In this document: positions 6,255 through 14,037 of the stretch, piece by piece
How positions within the stretch are numbered: the first letter of the stretch is position 1
How the letters are laid out: every line of letters begins with the position of its first letter
Source of the DNA: Deltaproteobacteria bacterium
Lineage (GTDB): Bacteria > Desulfobacterota > Dissulfuribacteria > Dissulfuribacterales > UBA5754
Direction of reading: 5' to 3'
DNA: 64,000 nucleotides
Assembly: GCA_036574075.1 (NCBI GenBank)
Contig: JAINCN010000021.1
Location: 64,652 to 128,651, forward strand
Made by a program: the position numbers and the translations under genes
The notes under the pieces: model-generated
The model's database searches: none
What the model saw: only the letters and a program-made list of their open reading frames with translations
Told to the model about the DNA's origin: nothing

Positions 6255-8570
6255 ATGAATCCTGAATCCATTAAAGCCCTTTTGTACGAGGCGGATCTTT
6301 ACGCCAGCCAAGGCCTCATCTCCGAGGCCCGTCAACTCTATGAAGAACTCCTCGCAAAGGCCGTAAACTATCCACCTCCCCTTGCCACGACCATCAAACA
6401 GAGGCTGGAGGCCCTCACAGGCACACGGACGCAGGCCGTTTCTGCCAACGGCCGCAATCGTCCCGCCCACGATGAAACGGATCGCCATCTCCAGAATGCC
6501 ATCGGCCTCATGGAAGCCGGCTTCCACCGAGAGGCCGTGAGCGAACTCAAGCTCATCCTCGACAAGGGTTATCCCAATGGGGAAATCCATCTCATGATCG
6601 CCGAGGCATATCTCGCCTCCAATCTTCCTTTCGATGCGGTGGATCACTTAGGAGAGGCACTGAAGGACACAAAACTCTCCCCAGAAAAACGCATGGAATG
6701 CCTCTACCGTGCCGCCATCATCCATGAGCAGCTCGGTATGATACCCCAGGCCATAGAAAAATTGAGGCAGATCGTGAGGATCGACCCCGGCTACAGAAAT
6801 TGCCGGGAGCGGCTGGACGGACTGACGCAAAGCGCCCAGAAATTCGGCCAGTACTATCCCCTGATCGCCAAAAATCTCCTGCAGGAAAGCCAGCTCGAGG
6901 AGGCGCGAAGCGCCGCTCGGGCAGGGGGAAAAACCATCGAATCCATCCTTATGACGAGATTTTCTATCGAAAAGGAGGAAATCGGCCGGGCGCTCAGCGA
7001 ATATTACCGCGTACCTTTTATCGAGTTTAACGAGCTCGAGGTGGGAACGGCGCCCGCCTGCATCAAGGGGGTCAAGGAACACTTCTTCCGGGCCAACACC
7101 TGTGTCCCTATCAAGGAAGAACGGGATGTCCTGCTCGTGGCACTCGACAACCCGAACGACCTCGTCAAGATCGACAACATAAAGCGCGTCCTCAAGGCCT
7201 CCCAGTTCGAATTCGCTGTGGCCCTAAAGGAAGACATCGACAAGTTCATCGACTTTTATTTCGGAAAGCTCAGCCTGGGTGGGAAGCAAGGAAACGTCTT
7301 CGATCAGCTGGAGATTTCCGAAGGGGAGGAGGTGGAGACGGATGATGAGGCATCCGACGCATCTGAAGCCGACAGCGTGGTTGTCCAGATGGCGAACACT
7401 ATCATCGAGGACGCCTTTGCAAAAAACGCCTCAGATATCCACATCGAGTCCCTAACCGGGAGGCGGGGGGCTGGAATCCGTCTGAGGATAGACGGCGACT
7501 GCATCCATTACCAGAACGTCCCCTATGAATACAAGCATGCCCTCATCTCCCGCATCAAGATCATGTCATCCCTTGACATCGCGGAAAAGAGGCTCCCTCA
7601 GGACGGAAAGATCAAATTCAAGACGCGACAGGGAAAGACCATCGAACTCCGGGTGGCGACCCTTCCCACCATAGAAGGCAACGAGGACGTGGTCCTTCGT
7701 ATCCTATCGGCATCTGAGGCTATGCCCCTCGACAAGATCGGCCTCATGCCGGATAACCTGGCGGCACTAAAGGATATCCTTGCCATGCCGTACGGCCTCA
7801 TCCTCGTAGTCGGCCCCACGGGTTCTGGAAAGACCACCACACTTCATGCCGCCCTCGGCCACATCAACCGCCCTGAAAAGAAGATCTGGACCGCAGAGGA
7901 TCCCGTGGAAATCGTCCAGGAAGGGCTCCGCCAGGTCCAGGTGAAGCCGGCTATAGGGCTAACATTCGCCCGGGTCCTTAGGGCATTTCTCAGGGCCGAC
8001 CCCGACGTCATCATGGTGGGTGAGACCCGGGATGAAGAAACGGCTACTACCGTTATCGAGGCCTCTCTCACCGGACACCTGGTCTTTTCCACACTCCACA
8101 CGAACTCAGCACCCGAGACGGTCACCCGGCTCCTCGGGATGGGCATGGACCCCTTCAACTTCTCGGACGCACTCCTCGGGATCCTTGCCCAGCGACTTGT
8201 AAAACGCCTCTGCACCAAGTGCAAGGAACCCTACACACCGGACAAGGACGAGATCCAACGACTCATAACGGAATACGGCTCGCACCCATCGAGGCCCCTC
8301 GATCCATCCCGATTCGCATCGGCGACTCTCTACCGGGCGAAGGGCTGCCCATTCTGTAACAACACAGGCTACAAGGGGCGCCTTGCCATCCACGAACTCC
8401 TCATTTCGAACGACGAGTTGAAGAGGCTCATTCAGGAAAAGAGACCGGTCTACGAGATCGCGGATGCCGCCCTGAGGGCGGGCATGCTCACCTTGAAGCA
8501 GGACGGCATCCTGAAGATCCTTTCCGGCGACACCGATATCAAACAGGTCCGCTCGGCATGCATCAAGTAG
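6255..8570 (+). CDS. GspE/PilB-family type IV pilus / T2SS assembly ATPase with N-terminal TPR extension
   Basis: 771-aa ORF. About 200 aa of N-terminal TPR-like repeats (LYASQGLISEARQLYEELL, MEAGFHREAVSELKLIL, GMIPQAIEKLRQIVRIDP). Then a GspE_N-like region, Walker A GPTGSGKTTTL, Asp/His boxes, and a tetracysteine motif CTKCKEPY...CPFCNNTGYKGR. Confidence 0.9.
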   Translation: MNPESIKALLYEADLYASQGLISEARQLYEELLAKAVNYPPPLATTIKQRLEALTGTRTQAVSANGRNRPAHDETDRHLQNAIGLMEAGFHREAVSELKLILDKGYPNGEIHLMIAEAYLASNLPFDAVDHLGEALKDTKLSPEKRMECLYRAAIIHEQLGMIPQAIEKLRQIVRIDPGYRNCRERLDGLTQSAQKFGQYYPLIAKNLLQESQLEEARSAARAGGKTIESILMTRFSIEKEEIGRALSEYYRVPFIEFNELEVGTAPACIKGVKEHFFRANTCVPIKEERDVLLVALDNPNDLVKIDNIKRVLKASQFEFAVALKEDIDKFIDFYFGKLSLGGKQGNVFDQLEISEGEEVETDDEASDASEADSVVVQMANTIIEDAFAKNASDIHIESLTGRRGAGIRLRIDGDCIHYQNVPYEYKHALISRIKIMSSLDIAEKRLPQDGKIKFKTRQGKTIELRVATLPTIEGNEDVVLRILSASEAMPLDKIGLMPDNLAALKDILAMPYGLILVVGPTGSGKTTTLHAALGHINRPEKKIWTAEDPVEIVQEGLRQVQVKPAIGLTFARVLRAFLRADPDVIMVGETRDEETATTVIEASLTGHLVFSTLHTNSAPETVTRLLGMGMDPFNFSDALLGILAQRLVKRLCTKCKEPYTPDKDEIQRLITEYGSHPSRPLDPSRFASATLYRAKGCPFCNNTGYKGRLAIHELLISNDELKRLIQEKRPVYEIADAALRAGMLTLKQDGILKILSGDTDIKQVRSACIK

Positions 8571-8611
8571 GGAAAAACAGGCCTATCCGTCGCCCAGGCG
8601 AAGGCCGGCTC

Positions 8612-8643
8612 CAGGGCGGCGCATGGAGAATTGCACCGCCCTG
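8612..8643. terminator. hairpin between convergent genes (possible bidirectional terminator)
   Basis: CAGGGCGGCGCA (8612-8623) pairs with TGCACCGCCCTG (8632-8643): a 12-bp stem with 1 mismatch and an 8-nt loop. It lies between the ATPase stop (8570) and the pilin stop (8699). No clear U-tract. Confidence 0.4.
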
Positions 8644-8698
8644 AACCCAGAGCCAGCCCTCTGATTGGCTATTGCGACCACTTCAATCCTGCCATGCA

Positions 8699-9289
8699 TC
8701 AGAATCGTATGTATAAGCTAGCGATGTTTCCGGAAGCCGGTGCGTAGGCAGCAGTTGCCACCACGGAACCCGTGTCATAGACGGCGTCATCGAGCTTGGT
8801 GTCTATCTCGAGGGCTACATCCCAAGGCAGGTTATCCAGTCTGAACCAGTGGTTCGGGGTGGCTGCAGCCGGTGGGGGATCCGTCCAGTAAAGAACGATG
8901 ATGTCACCGAATGGGTGCCTGGGCAGGGTGTTTGGCGTTCTGTCGTAATTTCCGGAGATGATCTCGGCGAGCTGGAGGTCCCGGAAGAGCCACAGGTATT
9001 CGTTTCCGTTGATCTGACCGTCTCCGTTTCCGGCGTTGTCATCATTGGCCGGGATCGTGTTACCGGCCCCTCCCAGGGCCTCGTCTCCTGGGTATTGGCC
9101 GTACCTGTCATAAAAGGTGAGGACCGCTGCCCTTATGCCGTCCACCTGTGCAATGGTCTTTTTGACCTTGGCCTGCTGGATGAGGGCCTGCCCCTTCATG
9201 ACCGCCCCGAGTATGAGCCCGATAATCACAAGTACCATGGCCAACTCTACCAGCGTGAATCCCCTCTGCCCTTTCATGATGCGTTCCAT
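8699..9289 (-). CDS. prepilin-type N-terminal cleavage/methylation domain protein (candidate major pilin/pseudopilin)
   Basis: 196-aa ORF. Leader MERIMKGQRG followed by FTLVELAMVLVIIGLILGA (G-1/F+1/E+5 class III signal). SD AAGGAGG lies upstream. Confidence 0.85.
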   Translation of the reverse strand: MERIMKGQRGFTLVELAMVLVIIGLILGAVMKGQALIQQAKVKKTIAQVDGIRAAVLTFYDRYGQYPGDEALGGAGNTIPANDDNAGNGDGQINGNEYLWLFRDLQLAEIISGNYDRTPNTLPRHPFGDIIVLYWTDPPPAAATPNHWFRLDNLPWDVALEIDTKLDDAVYDTGSVVATAAYAPASGNIASLYIRF

Positions 9290-9354
9290 TTCCTTCGTAC
9301 CTCCTTTTTTTGATATTTGGATGGTTCGGATGCCATCCTGATATTCTTAGATAC

Positions 9355-10647
9355 TTATCGGTCTCGGACCCCTGTTGCTGTAAAACTCACTTGGCAGTCA
9401 CCATCTGCATCGGCCGATGCAGCCTGGCTGTAGGTTATTGTTGTCCGGGGTTGGAAGTTACAGGTTCCTAGTCTCGAGAATTGCTGGATGCTTCCCCCGC
9501 TGTTGAGACGCATCGAGTCGGTCGTGATCTCGCGGTTGTGACCGATATCATCCCTGCAGTGCCCATTATTGAACAGGAAGTCTGCCGTGAATCTCGTGAA
9601 GTTCCAGACCCTGATGCCCTGCGGGCACATCTGTGGCTGGCATGAGCCTGGATTTGAGCCTGCTGGATTGATGGTAATGACGAAATTCTTCGAGGCAATG
9701 TTGTCGTTTTCCCCGGATGGGTCGTTGTTGTCCCGGACGAAGATCCTCACAGGATATGTGCTCGATGTCCCCGCGGCAGGTGTGCCTTGGATGACGAGGC
9801 TTTTCGCCTGTCCCCAGGCGGCAGTGCCCTCGTCGGCGTGTGCGCAGTCCGAGCTCGTGGCGTTCGGGGTCAGGGAAAGTCCGTCGGGAACATCGCCCTG
9901 CACACTCCACTGCACACACCACTTGTACTCATTGCCGTCGGTGGTCTCGAACGGAACCCCTCCGTCGGCGATTACCTCTGCCATGTAGCTGTTTCCCTCG
10001 GAGCCGAACGGAAGTTCGTTGTTTACGATCCTAAGGGCCGGACCCACGCATCCCGCCTTGATCCTGAGTTCGTCGAGGGTGATCCAGGTAACGAGATCGT
10101 CGAAGGATTCGTTTCTTGACATATCGGCGGAATAGCCGTCAAGGTCAGGCGTCCCTGTGTCCCAGACCCTGATGCAGGTCTTTCCGGCGGGGCACCCCGC
10201 GAAGGCCCCTGTTCCCAACTGGATGTTCATGTTCTCGCCGCCGCTTGCAAGCACGAAGGCGGCGTTCTGGACGATGCGCGGGGTCGTGCATGCGGGGTCG
10301 GCCCCGCACTGGATGACCGACAACCCCGTGCTACTCCTCCCGCAGATATCAGGGGTGGTAAGGAGGCCGTCCGGGACGTAGAGAAGGTCCTTTTTCCATG
10401 AATCGCCCATGGTGCGGGCCACTGACGGGATCTCGGCCAAGGTGGGGATCTCCTTGTGTAGGGCGGCGTAGCTTACCACCCCTTCGGCAGCAGCGGCAAG
10501 GGTGTCTTTGGTCTCGTTCGTCTTTATCCGCTTGATCATGGGGCTGATCATGCCGGCACCAAGACCTGTCAGGATCCCGATGACAACAAGGATGATCGCC
10601 ATCTCGATAAGGGTGAACCCAGCATTTCGGGTGCGGTATGTTGGCAT
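9355..10647 (-). CDS. large pilin-like protein: prepilin N-terminus fused to Cys-rich and Ig-like (He_PIG-type) domains
   Basis: 430-aa ORF. MPTYRTRNAG/FTLIEMAIILVVIGILTG prepilin signal. Internal segment LRIVNNELPFGSEGNSYMAEVIADGG...DGLSLTPN...LVIQGTPAAGTSSTYPVRIFVRDNND matches the putative-Ig-domain pattern. About 14 Cys residues. Confidence 0.8.
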   Translation of the reverse strand: MPTYRTRNAGFTLIEMAIILVVIGILTGLGAGMISPMIKRIKTNETKDTLAAAAEGVVSYAALHKEIPTLAEIPSVARTMGDSWKKDLLYVPDGLLTTPDICGRSSTGLSVIQCGADPACTTPRIVQNAAFVLASGGENMNIQLGTGAFAGCPAGKTCIRVWDTGTPDLDGYSADMSRNESFDDLVTWITLDELRIKAGCVGPALRIVNNELPFGSEGNSYMAEVIADGGVPFETTDGNEYKWCVQWSVQGDVPDGLSLTPNATSSDCAHADEGTAAWGQAKSLVIQGTPAAGTSSTYPVRIFVRDNNDPSGENDNIASKNFVITINPAGSNPGSCQPQMCPQGIRVWNFTRFTADFLFNNGHCRDDIGHNREITTDSMRLNSGGSIQQFSRLGTCNFQPRTTITYSQAASADADGDCQVSFTATGVRDR

Positions 10648-10648
10648 T

Positions 10649-11461
10649 TCAGTGGCCCTCCCTTGTCATTGTTTTGGCAAGTTCCAGGTTGTACCTGATG
10701 TCTTCGTCGTCAGGGGCAATACTTATGGCCTCCTCGAGGATCTTCCTCGCCTCGTCTGGTCTTTTCAGCATGATCAAGGTGGCTGCAAGGTTGTTACCGA
10801 TCACCGGGTCTTTTTCCCGGCGCCATGCGGCCTGGTAAATCCGGCAGGCCTCTTCGATCCTACCCTGGCTGATCATAGCCTGCGCCTCCATGACGTCTGG
10901 GATGGGAGTCTCCTCTGCCTCGCTCATTTGGGCCTTCTTTTGGCTGGCAGGCGCCTGAAGAGCGGTCAGCTTGTCGGGGATGCGGATCTCCGCATCGGGC
11001 AAAGGCGCCTTGGCCGGCGGTTCATCGACTGCAGGAAGCAGTTTTGTCTCTCTGGAGTCCCGGGTTCCGATCCCGGATCCGGATTCGGACGGTATCGAGG
11101 GTTTCGGATCGTTGGATGCCGGCATGGATGATGCTGGAGGAGCATCCGCCAGTTGCTGCTGAACAGGGGGTGATGACGAGGGAGGCGATCCGGCATCGTT
11201 TCGGATGGCCCTGTCTGACGTCTCTGTTGTCTGTAGAGGCCGGAGGGTCTCACTGTTCATGCGTAGTTTCGAGGTGTCGATCCCCGAGACCGCCACTATG
11301 GCCAGGATCCCTGCCCCTGCAATGACGCCTACTGCGATAGACGAAAGGATCCAGGGGCCCTTCCATCGCCTTTTGGTCCTTTCCCTGAGGGCGAAGGGGG
11401 GCGGGTCTGCGCCGTGTTTCCTGGCCTCTATCCGGGAGATGGCATCAAACAGCCTGCTCAT
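10649..11461 (-). CDS. membrane-anchored TPR protein (MshN-like pilus biogenesis component)
   Basis: 270-aa ORF. One TM segment (WILSSIAVGVIAGAGILAIVAV), a Pro/Ser-rich linker and C-terminal TPR repeats (GRIEEACRIYQAAW..., DEARKILEEAISIAPDD). Positioned between the secretin and the pilins. Confidence 0.65.
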   Translation of the reverse strand: MSRLFDAISRIEARKHGADPPPFALRERTKRRWKGPWILSSIAVGVIAGAGILAIVAVSGIDTSKLRMNSETLRPLQTTETSDRAIRNDAGSPPSSSPPVQQQLADAPPASSMPASNDPKPSIPSESGSGIGTRDSRETKLLPAVDEPPAKAPLPDAEIRIPDKLTALQAPASQKKAQMSEAEETPIPDVMEAQAMISQGRIEEACRIYQAAWRREKDPVIGNNLAATLIMLKRPDEARKILEEAISIAPDDEDIRYNLELAKTMTREGH

Positions 11462-13121
11462 GGCCCATGACCTGTATCTGGAAAATGATCACCAGCTCGA
11501 CACGCTGGGAAGATTCCACATTGTGCCTGAAAGCAGGACCGATCACGGGAAGGGAGCCCAGGACCGGCACACCTACCCTGTTTTCCTTCTTTTTGTCCTG
11601 GATGAGGCCTCCGAGCATGAGTATCTCACCCGGCCTGGCCCGTACTACTGTAGATGCCTCTCTCAGGTTGACCCGAGGGAAGGTATAGCGATTTCCTCCG
11701 GTGAATTCGCGCTCCTCGAGGGAGATGAGGTCGCTCTTTATGGGCACGATATGGAGGTTCACGGTCCCGTCTGCCTCTATGATGGGGGTGATCCCAAGGA
11801 GCACGCCATCGAAGATGGAGCTTATCTCCACGTTTGTATCGGTGGTGGTAAGGTTGTCCCCGGATGTGGTCTCCTGCTCAAGGCTCCTTAGATACGAGAC
11901 CGACTGGCCCACGCTTATGACTGCTGACTGACCGTTCATGGCCTTCAGCCTGGGGTTTGAGAGGGTCTTGAGTGTCCCGTATTCCTCAAGGGCCTTGAAC
12001 ATGAGGCCGACGTCATAATAGCGCTGGGAGAGGTTCAGGCCGTACAGGAAGCCCGACTCCGTGATGTTGCTCGTCATGGTGAAGAGGGCCCCGGTATCCT
12101 TGAGCGCGTCCTTGCTGATGGTGAGTTCAAGCCTCCTCCAGTCGATGCCAAGTTCGTGTCCCTTGGAGAGCTCCACCTCAATGATCTTGGCCTCGATGAG
12201 GACCTGCCTTCTGTATTTTTCCCTCAGCGCATCGAGGTATGTGGCGATCTCCTCAAGGATCCGCGGCCGGGCCCTCACGAGAAGGGTGCCGGTCTGGCGG
12301 TTCAGGAAAAAGGTCCCTTCCTCCCCAAGCCTGGCCTTCACGGCGTTTTCTATCCCTGTGTATATATCGGTGACCGCGTCGGTCGTCTGTCCGGAAAGCT
12401 CGAAGTCTCCAGTGAGCGGGGTGAGGACGTTTTCGCTCCCTTCGCCGCCGCCCCCTCCACCACCGCCGCTGCTCCTGCCACCGCCTCCCCCGAGGACATC
12501 ACCGCCCACGGTGAACCGTGACTGAGGGACCGTGCCCAGGAATTCCAGGTGAAAGAGCCTCTGCGAGGTCCCGTGTATGTAAATGGTGCCCTCAGAATAG
12601 CTCCAGGAGATGTCCATGGCCTTTGTGACAGAGTCCAGGACCTCGCGCACAGGCCGTTCCTGGTAAACGGCAGTGAGGGTAGTCTTGTCACCGAGCATCT
12701 CGTCCACCTCCGGCCCGATCATGAGGTTTGCGCCTGCAGCATGCGCAAGGGCGTGGAGGATGTTCTTGTAGTTTTCATCGACGAAGGTTATAGAGACGAA
12801 CTTCGCGTCGAGGGGGGTTATGGTCTTGAATCGCGGCTGAGCAGAAGAGAGGTTTTTCTTGTGTTCAGGCCTGGTATCGGCAGGGAAAGGGGCATTGAAC
12901 CCCGATTGCGCTCCCAGGTCTTCAGGCATGGGACGCTCGCCCGTGCCGCCCTGCTGCCTGGCGCTGTCAGGGTGAGGCCCCAACCCGGCATTCATAGGTG
13001 CGCAGGCAGAAAACAGTGCCACAGAAAGGGCAAGCGCAATAAAGGGCAGTCCGCTTGTAAAGGTCTTTAAGGCAGACAGTTGCCTGGGCCGTCCGACTAT
13101 GACGTTTCGATGATGTCTCAT
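11445..13121 (-). CDS. secretin (MshL/PilQ/GspD family outer-membrane channel)
   Basis: 558-aa ORF. Secretin core QVLIEAKIIEVELS...NPRLKAMNGQSAVISVGQ...GEILMLGGLIQDKKKENRVGVPVLGSLPVIGPAFR...ELVIIFQIQV. Contains a Gly-rich insert GGGGGRSSGGGGGGGGEGSE. Confidence 0.9.
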   Translation of the reverse strand: MRHHRNVIVGRPRQLSALKTFTSGLPFIALALSVALFSACAPMNAGLGPHPDSARQQGGTGERPMPEDLGAQSGFNAPFPADTRPEHKKNLSSAQPRFKTITPLDAKFVSITFVDENYKNILHALAHAAGANLMIGPEVDEMLGDKTTLTAVYQERPVREVLDSVTKAMDISWSYSEGTIYIHGTSQRLFHLEFLGTVPQSRFTVGGDVLGGGGGRSSGGGGGGGGEGSENVLTPLTGDFELSGQTTDAVTDIYTGIENAVKARLGEEGTFFLNRQTGTLLVRARPRILEEIATYLDALREKYRRQVLIEAKIIEVELSKGHELGIDWRRLELTISKDALKDTGALFTMTSNITESGFLYGLNLSQRYYDVGLMFKALEEYGTLKTLSNPRLKAMNGQSAVISVGQSVSYLRSLEQETTSGDNLTTTDTNVEISSIFDGVLLGITPIIEADGTVNLHIVPIKSDLISLEEREFTGGNRYTFPRVNLREASTVVRARPGEILMLGGLIQDKKKENRVGVPVLGSLPVIGPAFRHNVESSQRVELVIIFQIQVMGHEQAV

Positions 13122-13582
13122 GGGATCCTCTCTCCCGATCTTATGAAGATCGACTGTTCCCCAGTGTCCACGGTCACCCCGTTTCCAGTGATGGATTTTA
13201 TCCTTAGCCCGGCGATCTCCTGGCCCTCATGCAAGATGTTTCCCTCGATGATGCAGAAACGGTCCGATCCGGTCACGGCCACGAGGCCAAGACTCAGGTC
13301 ATGCGCGACCCCTTCAGGTTCGGGTGGGGCGACAGGGATCGGCCTTTGATCCAGAAAGCCGAAGGGGTCGAGGGCGCCGATCCCTTCGATCTCCGTCTTT
13401 TCGGGAGACGCGGGCGCAAGCGCGGCAGGAAGTTGGGGCATGGCCTGGAATCCACGCGGGTGAGAACGGTAGGCCTGGGCGTTGAAGAGCATGACGAGAA
13501 GCGCGGTTGCCGCAGCAATGAATCCCGCCATAGGCAGGCAGACCGCAATCCATCTGACCGCCGGGTTCATGGAGCGAGACAC
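13118..13582 (-). CDS. pilus assembly protein, PilP/MshK/GspC-like (weak)
   Basis: 154-aa ORF with an N-terminal TM segment (WIAVCLPMAGFIAAATALLVMLF) and a C-terminal beta-rich segment RFCIIEGNILHEGQEIAGLRIKSITGNGVTVD. Call rests on position upstream of the secretin. 4-nt overlaps on both sides. Confidence 0.45.
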   Translation of the reverse strand: MSRSMNPAVRWIAVCLPMAGFIAAATALLVMLFNAQAYRSHPRGFQAMPQLPAALAPASPEKTEIEGIGALDPFGFLDQRPIPVAPPEPEGVAHDLSLGLVAVTGSDRFCIIEGNILHEGQEIAGLRIKSITGNGVTVDTGEQSIFIRSGERIP

Positions 13583-14037
13583 AGGAGATACCCCCGTATG
13601 CGGTATTCGAGGTGTCTGTCATCGTTCGTTTCGCCGGCCATGGCAGTTTTGATCCCGGCCTTTGCAGGTTCTTTTCTCGATGCGGAGAAGGAGACGGGGA
13701 CGAATACGCGGTCAGGGGCGCGCAAGGCGGAAAGACGGAGGACAAGCTCTGTAAAGGGCACATCCTGAAGGGTCATCTCCGTCTCCTGCCAAACTATAGC
13801 CGGGTTAGAGGTGAGATCCGGAAACGCGCCGCTGGTCCGTTCATCTCTGTTGGCCACATGGCGTTCGATTTCAGAGATGAGCTGTTCCTCCTTCAGGACG
13901 GCATCGAGGCCTGAGGCGAGTTCCTGTCTTTCCTTCCATGCAGCGACAAAAAACCAGATGGCGACGCAAAGGATCGACACCATTGCGGTCTGAAAAACAA
14001 TGGTTCTTGTCGGAGGGATGGGAGGGCCGTGGTTCAC
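13567..14037 (-). CDS. pilus assembly protein, PilO/MshJ-like (weak)
   Basis: 156-aa ORF with one TM segment (IVFQTAMVSILCVAIWFFVAAW) followed by a coiled-coil-like region. Operon position only. Confidence 0.45.
   Translation of the reverse strand: MNHGPPIPPTRTIVFQTAMVSILCVAIWFFVAAWKERQELASGLDAVLKEEQLISEIERHVANRDERTSGAFPDLTSNPAIVWQETEMTLQDVPFTELVLRLSALRAPDRVFVPVSFSASRKEPAKAGIKTAMAGETNDDRHLEYRIRGYLLCLAP

Noticed and set aside
9290-9354. Possible sigma54 (-24/-12) promoter upstream of the small pilin gene
   Set aside because: The TGGCAT motif on the minus strand is not followed by GC at the required spacing. Only an imperfect inverted repeat (GGATGG...CCATCC) is present, which is not enough to call a site.
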